Positions 50,352 through 62,792 of a DNA stretch of 64,000 nucleotides are shown piece by piece. The stretch is from Bispira polyomma (lineage: Eukaryota). Positions within the stretch are counted from its first letter, which is position 1. Each line of letters opens with the position of its first letter. Where the stretch lies: the NCBI GenBank assembly GCA_965649765.1, contig OZ287756.1, positions 41,850,001-41,914,000 on the forward strand, written 5' to 3'. A program made the translations under genes and the position numbers. The notes under the pieces are model-generated. The model was not told where the DNA came from. It saw only the letters and a program-made list of their open reading frames with translations, and ran no database searches.

Positions 50352-53300
50352 GTAAGTTTGATGTTTTCAACCACATCTCCCAATATACAACTGTCAGATA
50401 AATGTAGTAACTCCGACTAAATTGTTTACCTCACATACCCACATATATTCTGTCAATGCATATATGTCCACTTCAAAATTTTCTGATATTTATCATTGTT
50501 ATTGCTTTATTTAGTATATAAAACTATATACTATTTGTAATAAGAATTCAAAATATTATTGTAGTATATCATGTAGAAGATACATGTTTTTTTCTGTAAA
50601 CAGCACTTTCTACCAGTTCCATCCATTATTTTCAGTCATTTTTTGGCAGTTACATGTGGTTGGTACTAAAAACGAGTCAGAAGCATTAATATATCTATTA
50701 ATTTTTTATTTTGTTTGTAAAATAAGATTTAACCTTTGATCTCGCAATTACCGTATATTTTTCTATGCCTTTTTTCGTGGAGCAAATCCTGGTCGTAGGT
50801 TTTAAAATGCATTTATATATGTAACAAAGATTATGGTTGGGGATTTTTTTACAATATATATACACCCATGCTGACGGGATATATCTATTTCTTCTATTTT
50901 TCTTCTAAATTGCGAGAACACACACCTTTTAACAATGGTTTCGACTGCTAGACGGTGCCACACTACAGTGTGTTTTTTTTTGTAAACAGAAGATAGATAC
51001 AATTTTTCAATACAATGGGTAAGAAGTGGCGAATAGAAACCAAATTGTCCTTATTCAATAAAAATATTAATATTATATGAAAGTTTGAAAAATATCACCT
51101 TATATGCACGTATAGTTGCTTTAATCCAATAATATTTCTTTAGTTTTTTGCAAAACTTCGATAGCTTTCAAAACCGCCATATTTGTAGTACTAAACAATT
51201 TTTTAATCCGCCAATCAGAAACTCGCCTCTTCTTTTGCCATTTGTGTAATCATCTAAGAGTATATAGATACTTGAATGACCATTTGACGACTTCAAAGCA
51301 ATGCTGTGTATGGCAAAATGCTTTGTTATTATTGTGGTTATATACACAGATATACTTCACTCACATATTCAAACTGCAATATATTTGGATATCCATCTTC
51401 AAGGCAATATAAGGTAGGAAATATTATGAAAATAAAATGAAGATATAAGGTGTTTATGAATGTCAAAGTATACATATATGTATAGATTATTTGAAACAGT
51501 CATGGCACCCCAAGTATATATACACATCATTGCTTTAAAGTACAAATATTGTCACAGATGGGGCGAGTTTCTGATTGGTCGATTAAAATATAGACCTATA
51601 TAGAATAAATTACTCTGTCTTTAAAATGGCCATATACACGTTCAATAAAAAATATAAGATATTGTGTGTACTTGGGGTTAAATATGTCGAGGAAACAATT
51701 TTTTTTACTTCTAAACAATTCTGTGTATGTAGCGAGTATTGCAAGAGCAGTAAACAGATTTGAAAGCATTTACAAAATATATAGTATATATATATATATA
51801 GCACGTAAATTTAAATTCAATTAATCTATATATATATATATACCCCATGCATATTATATAAAATGAAGGGGATGTATACGTTTTTGTTTGAAAAGCAAAT
51901 ATATCTAAAAATACGAAGAGGAAACAGTATTTCTATTTCAAAGCGATGCTCTTTATTTATTGCAGTGAGGGCTATCAAAAACATGTGAATCTATCTGTGT
52001 AGGTAATATGTTGAGAAAATAGTATTTAAAAAAAATAGTGAATTGCTTTATTATTAGTGACTATACCCACGGATTATTATTATTTAAAAAGGCAAGCCCT
52101 TTTCTGGACATTTTGGAACACAAGTAAGTAAGATAAACTCTTTATTTTGTCATACAAATACATATAGCATTTCTAAAATTTACCTTTTGTCTTATATTAA
52201 TCGCTTAAATTTACTTCTCAAACGAAAACGTATGTCGAGAAATGATACTGCATACTGATAGATACTCCCTAATATATAGATATATATATATTCTGTCTTT
52301 CAACTGCTCAGAATATCAGGTGATGTGTGCATAGTTTAGAAAATATGGCTTCATAATTAATTAATTTCTAATTTCGACGTTAAAAAGCAACCCTTTTCTG
52401 CAGATTTCGGACACAAGAAAATAAGATAAACTCTTTATTTTGTCATACAAATACAACAACATTTCTAAAAATTTACCCTTCATCCATTATTCCCTTCGAT
52501 TTGCTTTCCAAATATATCCATGGGCTTCCTAATTACACAATTTTTATTGTTATGAATTGTCACGTGTGTGTGATCAGCCAATCAGAATCGCTCATACAGT
52601 AACCAATGAAATCGCTCCATACAACAGACATATTGACCCTCAACAATCAAGATGGAGTTGTAGGTAAACAAAGCAACTTCTGTGAGCTACCTAATGATAT
52701 AAAATAGGTTTGGGGTAATAATTTGTAGTGTCAGTGATTATCTTTAGATAGATATTGGTACATTAAATACTGTAATTATTATTATTATTATGTTATTTCA
52801 CAGTTATTAATCTAAATAATGGCTTCACATTTTGACAGAAGATGCAAAAGTATTTATTCTTTGTAAAAATATTTACTTTGTTGTTAAAGGTTGACATTTC
52901 TGTTTCTGTTACTTTTGTAAAACTTGCAGCTCCAGAAATCTGCGAAATAATGTAACAAAAATATTGTATCCCATGACTATACACTAGCAACAAGCTTCCA
53001 ACCAAAATCAAAATAAAATAAAAATTTTGTTTGTACCTTATAGGTTGACATGTCGACAGATAGACAGTTATTTTTTTTTTTACTTTTAGTTTGACAAGTA
53101 GACAGATTATTTTTTTTGTTGTAACTTATACAATGACAGATAGACAGATAATATTAGTTTACTTTAAGGTACACACCTTGACAAGTAGATACATGTCTTC
53201 GAGATTTGTGACCGGAAGGTCACTTCCTTTTGTTTACAATAGGTATATTTTATTACATGTGGTATTTTTTAAAGCATTAAAGTACAATGTTTTTATTAAT

Positions 53301-54027
53301 TCTTTTAGGTTTACATGTCCTTTGTAATTTAACCATAGCTGTATTGTATCCTATGTCCTAGTGGTTATGGAGTTGATCTAGTTACCAGGTGGTGCCTGGT
53401 TCTACTCCTGACAATACAATAATAATAATTGGCAGAATAAAATGTCCTTGTCTCTATTTGACAAAACTGAATGTTACCCTCAAAACAGGTTAATAGTTGT
53501 TACCTTCTTAGATTAAACAGACATCTCTATGGACAGATTTTTCAGCTTTAAAGTATTACTTTATTTTTCACTGGCAAAAAGGTAGTATTACTATAAGAAA
53601 TATTATTATTGCTATGTTCAAAATTTTTGCCTAAGTTGAGGAGTCATGATAACTCTGGATCAACTGAGGAAAACATCTAATAGCTGGATATAGCTATTGG
53701 ACAAGTCCTTATAAAACCTAATAAATCAGGACAACTACTGCAGGTCTTTGCAGTCTGAGAACCAAGCTGAGTTATGGAGAATTTATCAAATACCTGTCAA
53801 GAGTCATGCATAATTTGACAAAAGCCAATCAATGGACATGTAGATTTATTACTGAGCTGTCACGAGCTTCTCATGAGTTCTCCCAATTAAATCCATAGGC
53901 TAGCAATATGCTTGTCCAGACTTAAACCAGAGATAACAAGAGCTAAAAAGTGATGTTAACTCTTGAGAAGTCTGTAAGAGCTTCACATAACTAACTACTA
54001 GACTAAGATTCATTCTTGGTTACTCCT

Positions 54028-54378
54028 GGGCCGTATTTACAAAGATTCTTATTCTTAGAATTACTCTTATTCTTTTTTTAATCCACGAATTTTCTCAGAA
54101 AAATTCTAGGAATATTTTTTTTCAACATTTGTTGCTTTCTTAATCTTGAATTTTTGTGCAGAATTACTACCCACAAAGTTGGCCATTTTGTTCTATTCTT
54201 AGATTTTAGCCTTATTTAATTTTTTTTTTTCATTAAAAAAGTCGAAGAATTGGAATAAAACAAATTTTAAAGTGTTATTCTTATAATTTTTCTTAAAAAT
54301 TTCCTAATCTAAGAAAAATTGTAAAATATTTTTAAGAATAACTAATGCTAACAATAAGAATCTTTGTAAATACGGCCC
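54028..54378. mobile_element. MITE, mirror copy of 117-468
   Basis: Same TIRs, in the right arm. Confidence 0.75.
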
Positions 54379-54586
54379 CTGGTGTAATCTTTGTATAACT
54401 CCTTGCAACTTGGTATACATTTTGGCAACTCTTTGGTCCTCGTTCTTACTCTTTGCCTGGTCGTAAGTTACTCTGATACTGCATTATAGTTATCCATTTT
54501 TGGGCCGAGTTTCCAGTCAACCAAAAGTTATAACTCTGTGTTACTCGGGCAACTCCAGCTTTTAACTCATGAAAGCGGGAGTCGTG

Positions 54587-54765
54587 TGTGGCAACCATAA
54601 ATGTAACAAAAACTACAAATGTAACTACAACCACAAATGTAACAATTTCCAACCACATATGTAGCTATAACAACAAATGAAGCAATGTCCGACAACAAAT
54701 GTAGTAATCCCAAAAAACGTTACAACCACAAATGTAACAAAATAAGAGTAGTTTTGGTTGCCACA
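54587..54765. mobile_element. MITE with 11-bp TIR and 6-bp TSD
   Basis: TGTGGCAACCA...TGGTTGCCACA; TSD GTCGTG/GTCATG; internal CAAATGTAAC repeats. Confidence 0.75.
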
Positions 54766-54801
54766 GTCATGCTTTACTGACTCAATGCTGTATTTGTTTA
54801 G

Positions 54802-54947
54802 GTGAGACAACTACTACTACACCTGAAGAGACAACTACTTCTACACCTGCACAGACAACTACTACTACACCTGAAAAGACAACTACTACTACACCTGTAA
54901 TGACAACTACTACTACACCTGTAACGACAACTACTTCACCTTTCTAA
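54802..54947 (+). CDS. Probable terminal host exon, Thr/Pro-rich mucin-like tail (24-bp minisatellite, ~6 units)
   Basis: TTTGTTTAG| phase 1; ETTTTTPEETTTSTPAQTTTTTPEKTTTTTPVMTTTTTPVTTTTSPF*. AATAAA at 55025 and 55063. Confidence 0.65.
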
Positions 54948-55754
54948 ATGTGAGAATGAGACTTGCAGTCTGATAGTTACAAACATGTGAAATATGTAAT
55001 GGAACTTGCGATTGTTAGAGCAAAAATAAAATAACTACATGAAAAACTTCTTCATTGTTTTAAATAAATAGTTATTTTTATTGTTTTTATGACTACACTT
55101 GTACATTAATCGTTCTTTAGAATGAGTGAAGATTAAGATTTTGGCATTGTACCATGAGTAATAGATTATTATAAACTGCTATTCTATCTATATATTACTT
55201 TCCTGAAACCACCAGTTTTTTGCAGCTTTATTATCTAGTATGTAGTCATCCATATATGACTTGCTTTGAATCACTTTTAGCTACTATTATCAATTAGAAT
55301 TGAAATTTAAATGTTAATGACAGATAATGATAAGTAAATACAGATGCAACATATCTCAGACCAATGACACCCCAATCCTTGTGTGCAGTAACAAAAAATA
55401 CCAACGTTAAGCTGTTTAGCTAATGGACTACAGTACAGATATCAACCACAAAAGTCAATATGTTTTGCAAATAACATGCCTCATGAGCGTAATGTCATAC
55501 TTTATTTCAGATTTCGTTTAGATATACCGCACATTGTATAAATATTTCATCATGTTGTATTAAAATATTTTAACGAGCCTTAATTACAATTGTAAAACCA
55601 ATGTATAGTACGAAAAACATAGTTGTTGCTCTTGGACTAAAATATCATCTCCAGCATGACAGTTTATGGCAGAAAACTCAACGGGCCTACCATAAATGTC
55701 ACTCAACAGAAACTGCCCTACTGCGTTTGCACAGTGACATTAATAAATAAATTT

Positions 55755-56395
55755 CAACTGCTGCTTTTGACACAATTGGTCATCAGATTCTAATCGACAG
55801 ACTGTTCTAATCAATGGTACAACATTGGACAAAATTAACTTATTTTTTGGAGTACCACAGAGATCAGTCCTGTCAGAACTGTTGCACCCATGTCAGCCAA
55901 ATCGAATTTTAAGATCAAGCACAGATAACAAACTTCAGGAACATCTATTAAGATCCAGCACATCTACACAATAATTTAAATTAGCCATACTAAGAGAGTA
56001 GAACAAATTACCTGCAAATATTACATCAGCCATACCTTGTCATGATTTCAAAAACCTTCTTACCTTTTCTCTACCTTTGTGGAATCAGTTCACAAGTCAA
56101 AAATACATTTAAACAATAGTTTCTCATATAATGCTTCTAAGCTTTGGAATGATCTGCCTCATGATATTCGCATTGCCTCCTCACTTGCCTGTTTTAGGAA
56201 AAAGCTTAAAACCTACCTATTCAACAAGGATTCTCTACCTCAGTCACCTTACCTTCTTCAGGCTCTCAATGGTCATAACTTATGTACATCCAAAGGCTAT
56301 ATAAAATTGTCAAATGATTTTCTGTCTCATGCCCCTTAGAATCTGACAGCACAGAGATAAGCTATAAAACTTAGATTAAATTAGATCAGATTAAA
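55755..56395 (+). mobile_element. L2/CR1-group LINE fragments, including a 3' end
   Basis: AFDTIGHQILIDRL, FGVPQ.SVL, FSYNASKLWNDLP...FRKKLKTYLF and a (TTAGA)-type tail. Confidence 0.75.
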
Positions 56396-57844
56396 GACAT
56401 ATCTTTTTAATACTGTTTAGAACTTGTGAATTATTCTATTCAATATTTTGTGTTTCTTTCAGTTTATTTTATGACTTTTATCTCGATGTGTGTAACTACT
56501 TTTTAGGCTGCAGTTTTATTTGATACAATCTCTTTTTTACATATGTATCTTGTTAATCATTTCATATAGTATCATTTCCATCTTTTATTGTAATGTTTTT
56601 ATTGATTTAAATGATTTTATTTGTTAAGCTATTTAAGTAACTATAATAAGGCGCTTTATAAATTTAACTAACAATAATAATAACCCAAACTCTATATAGT
56701 CTTTGTTTACATTTCACAACCTTCCATTATGAGGTCACAATGCAAATCTGAAAGTCAGGAATTAGTAGAATTGGTACCTTAAAGAATTGACTTAAAACAC
56801 ATATTTAAAAAGTACTAAAAATTGTTGTTTAGTTGTGTAAAAATGTTGATATTTTATAAATTTCATTAATTTAGGAAAGATATAAGGTAGATAAATGCAT
56901 CAAAACAAATGAAATCTTTTATGTATACATAATACAGGCGAATGAACTGTATCACCCGGCTTATATCAACCACTGAAAATGTAATAATTATGTGACATCA
57001 GATAATTAAAAATAATTATAAATTTACATCTATAGTTATACTTTTCACACAATTTGCATAAGGTACTCATGTAACCCCTTATTCTGACTTCATACTTAAG
57101 TATACAAAGTAAATATCACTTCACTTTGAACCTTAAACACAATTGTTATATTGTACTTACTTTAGGGTGACCTTAACTTATACTCTAAGGTCATTCTTAA
57201 TTAATCTATTGTTTCAAAAATTGGGATAAAACAAATTATAATAACCTTAACTTCATCTTAAGGTTAACTTACTTAATTAATCCATTGTTTTCAAAATTAG
57301 GGTAAAACAAATCACGATATCCTTAACTTCATGTTAAGGTCACCTCCAAGCTAAAGGCTTTTCAGGGGTTAAGAAAACTCAAGTTGAGTTTAACTTAGAA
57401 TTGTTCTTGAAGTAATTGAATTATAAAGTTTGACCTTAAAATTACTTAAACCATTCTTCATGACTGCCACAAAGTAGCATGGCTACTTAGCCTCGAAAAT
57501 GTTATACATTACAGTACCGTCTATTTCAAATTATTTGTTTATCACAGCTACTCCAACCCCAGTGCTGCATCAGTGTATCAGCACCCAATCACCTTCTTAC
57601 ACTTCTTGGCGTTTTTGCGCCCTTTTCATTATAAGCTCACTTATAAGTCAGAAGTCAAGCTACCAACAACAAAAAGACCAACAACAAAAATCTTAGGAAA
57701 TCAGCGGACATATTAGAATTTTTTATAAAATATTCTTAAAAATCAAATTGCTTTTTTAAGTGTTTATTATTCTACAAAGATACTTTTCAAACAGAGGCCG
57801 ATACTGTACATCTTTTGTGCTATTTTGTGTGGATACTTCTTTAA

Positions 57845-59460
57845 AATGGGTAGAGAAAAAAGAAAAGTTTCAGATGTGAAATCTTTCACACAAGACCAGT
57901 CAAAAATAGATGCAAACGTACTGTAGACACAGGGAATAGCTTTCATAACCAAACCATTTTAGACAGTGACGACTGTAGCAGTGTTTCTGGGAGAAGTGAG
58001 CAAGTGAGTAATGATAAATTTTACCGTGATGCATACTCAATTTAGCAAACTATGATGGAAACGTTATTAACAGCAGTTTCTAAACTACAAGAAGATGTGT
58101 TGCATTTAAAATCCGAAAAGACACAGACTGCTTGTGTTTCTACTTATAACGCACCCCAAAGTTCCCACTCCACTAGGGCTTTATGACACCAATAGAGGAA
58201 ACTCCGCCAACCAACTAGTTTGCATGACAAGTATGACCACGAAACAACCCAACGTTTTAAAACAGTCATCACTCATCCGAAATGAGGTGTCTCAACAGCT
58301 AGCATGATTTGAAGCCTGGGCCACAGAGTGGAGTCTCCAAGTTGAAATGACCATCAAACGTAAAATCAAATTTTGCTCATTTCAATAAAATATGGGATAG
58401 CTGGATAATATTAATGGAATAATTATAGTATTAAGGTGTTTTTTTGAGGTTTTTTTATACATTGACAAGTAGTGATAAATGTGGTTACTTTTTATTATAA
58501 ATATACTATGTGATAGTAAACTATATGTTAATTGTAACAGGTCAGTGTAGCTTTTTGATCCTTTTTCCTGTACTTGCCTGCAAAATACTTGTTAAAAAGG
58601 GGAACATATTACAAGATATAAAAATATAAAAAAAAAATATCATATTACAATACATTCAATTTGGCTTTCCCATTTATACTTTATGTTAGAAATAGACTAA
58701 CAGTTCAAAATGTTAAAAACCAATACTCAGCTAGAACTTTTCCAGAAGCTATTGACAAATATTTTGTCACAGAACTCGAACGAGGCACTTTAGTGGCCCA
58801 GCCAGTTCTGACCTTCACCCCGACATACATTGTTCTCCACTTTTGACTGTGCCTAAAAACATTGACAAGCGCCATCTTATACTGAATCTATCTCACCCAG
58901 CAGAGAACTCTCTAAATGACTGCACTGTTAAAACAGCGTACGACACAATAAACTTTACCCTTAAAATTACCCACCATTGACCAAATGACTTCTCAGATTA
59001 TGGACATAAGACCTAAGGCAACCTTAGCAAAATTGGACGTAGCTCACACGTTTTGTAATGTCAGAATAGACCCTTATGACTGTTTAAAACTGGTTTATAT
59101 CTGAAAAAAACCAATGCTTTCTTGATTAAAGTTTTACTATTGGTCTTACTCACAGGACTGCTGCTTTTATGATGACCTCTGACTGTATCACTTTCATAAT
59201 GAAACAAAAAGGTTACACAGTTATGAACTACATTGACAACTTCATACTGATAGAACATAAAAATACCTTAGCTTTTAAAACATTACAGCAAATACTGACA
59301 GACTTAGGTCTTCCTATTAACCACAGTAAAGTAATACCTTCCAGCAAACGAGTTACATGTATGGGCATTGTTATTGATATTGACGAAGAAACCCTCAGTA
59401 TAGACGAAGACAAACTAAATGCGATTCACAGTACTTGTCTTGATTTCATATACTTGGGGA
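57845..59460 (+). mobile_element. Old Ngaro/DIRS relic E4 (gag and RT fragments)
   Basis: NVLKQSSLIRNEVSQQLA*FEA resembles E1 gag. QYIQFGFP, HCSPLLTVPK, LAKLDVA, NYIDNF and VTCMGIVID match the E1/E2 RT. Confidence 0.8.
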
Positions 59461-61074
59461 AAGTTTGGAAACAAAAGTACCAGTACCAGTACAGTGGTTT
59501 GGATCAATACTCATATTTTGTCACAATAGAAAGGATTCTCCTAAGAATTGTTTACAAATATGCTGTTCTGACACTCATTTCAAATTGTGTGATATCACAA
59601 TACCAGATTCGTAATACCACTGTTTTAATCATTTTGCACTGAAATATTGAAGTTTTCAATGCTTTGTGCAAGTACAAATGGTTAAAATTGTTACAAGAGA
59701 ACCATTTTATGGCCGCTGTACAGGGTATATGTGCTGAAATTAGACTTAGTAAATGTAGTATATGTGTTTTGTGTTTTTGTTGATAGCCCTTTTAATATTA
59801 CACATACATCTTACTTTTTAGGACATGTGTGGTAACAGTTTACAACATCCTACAGTAATATATAACACTTAGGTCTCATTTGTACGGATGGCTGTCACGA
59901 ACGTACCACGATCAGTCAGTGACAGCACATTTAAATTTTGTTTCAGATTCATCTACATTAGCAGCAGTTTGGAGCTCTTCATTGATACCGGTGAGCATTA
60001 TATTTGCGCCTTCACAAAAGTGTTCAAAACTTTCAGGGACAAATGCACATTTGTGAGTTTTTTTTTTGTGGAGGGGAGGAACTTATCAATTCCAAAACTT
60101 TTCAAGGTTATATCAAGGTTATATCAATCAGTATACAAATTATAAACATCCTACTTCAACAGTAAAACAAACCTGACATTAAAGTCCACAAATACTCACA
60201 CATAAAGTGTTCAGTTGTGAATATACAGAAGTCCAAACTCCCTTAAGAGTAAACTGTAAAACCTAATCTTTTGATACAATTGATTTGTACATAAAACCCA
60301 AGGGGTATGCATTGCCATTGAACTTGCACAACATTATTTTCTAATAATGTAGTATTAGAAAATAATGTAGTGGTGGGGTTTTTCTACCATTTAATAAAGT
60401 AAATATTTAAAGAATCATTCTGAATTTTAATTTCAATTTATATTCAAGAATGTTGTTTTACTTGGGTTTTTTTTAACAGAAAAACACCTTGCCCAAAGTC
60501 CCTGGTACACCATTATGTTTACATAATGGCAAGAATTGTGTTAAATTTGTGTTACATATAAAAGTTCAAATTTCAAAAATCCAGTACAAAATGAAGCTTT
60601 CTGCATCATAGCCCTCTACTTTTGATTGTTAAGATTTAATTTTTGGTTTATTAAACATGTCATAAATAAAATTTCAAGGTAAATATGACACAACTAAAGC
60701 AATTGTTAGACATTTGGTGTCTGTAAACGTAAAAACTAATACTCCATTAGTAATCTGTATAATATATAACGAATTTGAAAATAACATTCTGTGCATATCA
60801 AGTTTTGCCAAAAAAAAGTCTATATATATACATATATATGTGCGTGTATAACAGTTCCCAATTAATCCCTGTGTTTTTTTTTAAAGCAGGTATTAGAAAC
60901 TGTCTGTCAACTACTCCAAAATATTGATATATTTGGTGTGAATTTTTGCTCTTTCTGTTGATAAACTAGGTGAAGAGTGAAAATTAATTCCAGGAAACAG
61001 GAAAAGTCCTAAAATGGTAATGTTGTGTAAATTCAGTAGAGCTAACATTTTAACTTTTACAGTAAATGTACTAG

Positions 61075-62298
61075 GGGCCTGTCAATCGAAGCCCTCGTTA
61101 GATAAACGTATTCGTTGGGTCTTGGTTAAGGCTAACTTCGCAAAATGTTGTGTAAATGGAATCCTCAGTTAGTTTACTGTTGGTTAACTTTGTTCGTAAA
61201 ACCCCAGAAATTGAATGACAACTCAGACCCTGTCGCTAAGTATTAGTTGAATTATAGGTTTAACAATAAATCAATGAAAACAACAGTTAAAAACTTCCAA
61301 AAGGCAAGGAAATGGTAATTATGCAATAATTTTCGCTTCTATATCCAATATAGCCCTTAAAAATAAATATAAATGGCCAGTTTATTTGACAATGCACTCG
61401 TACATATTTGTCATAATATCTGTGATAGGATTTGTTGGGAGATGTGGATGACTACATTGTGTTTTACGTATATTTCAAAGTTCCAAATATATGATACACA
61501 TAAGTTCTTGTTACACTAGATGGATCAATAACTGTATCTAAGACATATAAAATTTTGGTGTTTGTTAAATGGAGCATAACTTATACATTTATACAAAAAC
61601 CACATCATATGATGGCATACAACCACATCATTCAAACCTTCGCTTGGGATCAACAAACAAAAAACCAATAGCTTCCATTTTCCCACATATTCGTTAGTTG
61701 GTTAGTTCGATTTGCAGGGCCCAGATCTCACAAAACCTAGCACACCTAAGGCCTGTAAATCGAAGCACTTGTTAGAGTATTGATTTTGTTACATCTAGTT
61801 TAAGGCTTAGTCCGCAAAGTGTTGTGTGAATGGAAGCCTTATTTACTTTAGTGTTGGTTGATGTTGTTCATAAAACTCCCGAAATTGAACAACTCAGACC
61901 CTGTTGTTAGCTGTTAGTTAGACCATATATTCACTGAAAATTAATGAAAACTACGGAGGCCTACAAGGGTCATATACGTTTTGAAAAAATCATAAGACGT
62001 AATTACGACTTATTCTATGTCATAATAACAACTTACTTTGTCGTAATTACGACATAGAATAAGTTTTAATTACGACATAGAATAAGTCGTAATTACGACA
62101 TAGAATAAGTAGTAATTACACCATAGAATAAGTCGTAATTACGACATAGTAAGTTGTAATTACGACATAGTAAGTCGTTATTACGACATAGCGTAAGTCG
62201 TAATTACCAGATAATAAGTCGTAATTACGACTTATGAATTTTTTTTTACTTTACTTGTGTGACCCTTATAGGTTTTTGTAGAAAACAATGGTTAAAAG
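61075..62298. repeat. Diverged ~220-bp direct repeat pair (61075-61295 and 61750-62298, the second interrupted by a MITE)
   Basis: Shared GGCCTGT.AATCGAAGC, CGCAAA.TGTTGTGT.AATGGAA, CAACTCAGACCCTGT and AATGAAAACAA. Confidence 0.75.
61952..62280. mobile_element. MITE with 6-bp TSD and an internal palindromic minisatellite
   Basis: TSD GAAAAC; imperfect TIR TACGGAGGCCTACAAGGGTCA; ~10 units of ~21-23 bp built on GTCGTAATTACGAC. Confidence 0.8.
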
Positions 62299-62524
62299 CC
62301 AGAACAATTTTCTACTCACCCTACGTTCCACATAAAACAATGGGGCTTGGATAATGTGCAATATTCGGAGTAATCAGCCCTTTTCAAGCTAAATGTTAAC
62401 ATTTGCAAAGGCAAAATGTTTTTGTAACTTTTTTTTGTAAGTAAATCCAAGCTCTGCCAAGATAATATATTAGCTTGTTTTACATGTCTTATTTTAGTAG
62501 TTTTAGTAGTTTCTTAGTTTTTGC

Positions 62525-62748
62525 GGGTCATTGGTATATACAAACTTATCATCCTGGTCAGCCTCAAATGGGTCGGTACCGGTAACATGTGGAGGGGGCT
62601 CCTCTCCCCTACTCTTCTCCCCTATTCATCTTGTACATGAGCTGCCATGATGGGAGCGCTGGGAGGTAGGACTTACCTCTGCTAGGCGAATTGGTGCCGT
62701 AGCCAAACCCACGTTTGCCGGCTAGGTTTGCCAATGCACCTGTGGCCC
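62525..62748 (+). ncRNA. Putative structured RNA element homologous to the one in the E1 spacer
   Basis: Nested stems GGGTCA/TGGCCC, CATTGG/CCAATG, CAAAC/GTTTG, CCTGGTC/GGCTAGG, TGGGT/ACCCA and CGGTACC/GGTGCCG around the shared core. Confidence 0.55.
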
Positions 62749-62792
62749 TGGCAGTTTTATAATATACACTATACAATTTGCAGTAATACTGT

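Larger units (their letters stand above)
30618..54494. repeat. Right arm of giant inverted repeat
   Basis: Reverse complement of 1-30122 apart from scattered SNPs and indels. It lacks E1 and carries an extra 829 bp at 42987-43815. Confidence 0.98.

Noticed and set aside
61997-62235. CRISPR-like array of palindromic repeats
   Set aside because: No unique spacers and no cas genes; it lies inside a TIR/TSD-bounded MITE in eukaryotic DNA.
62668-62680. U1 snRNA-like ACTTACCT
   Set aside because: Only 8 nt match; the U1 stems and Sm site are missing.
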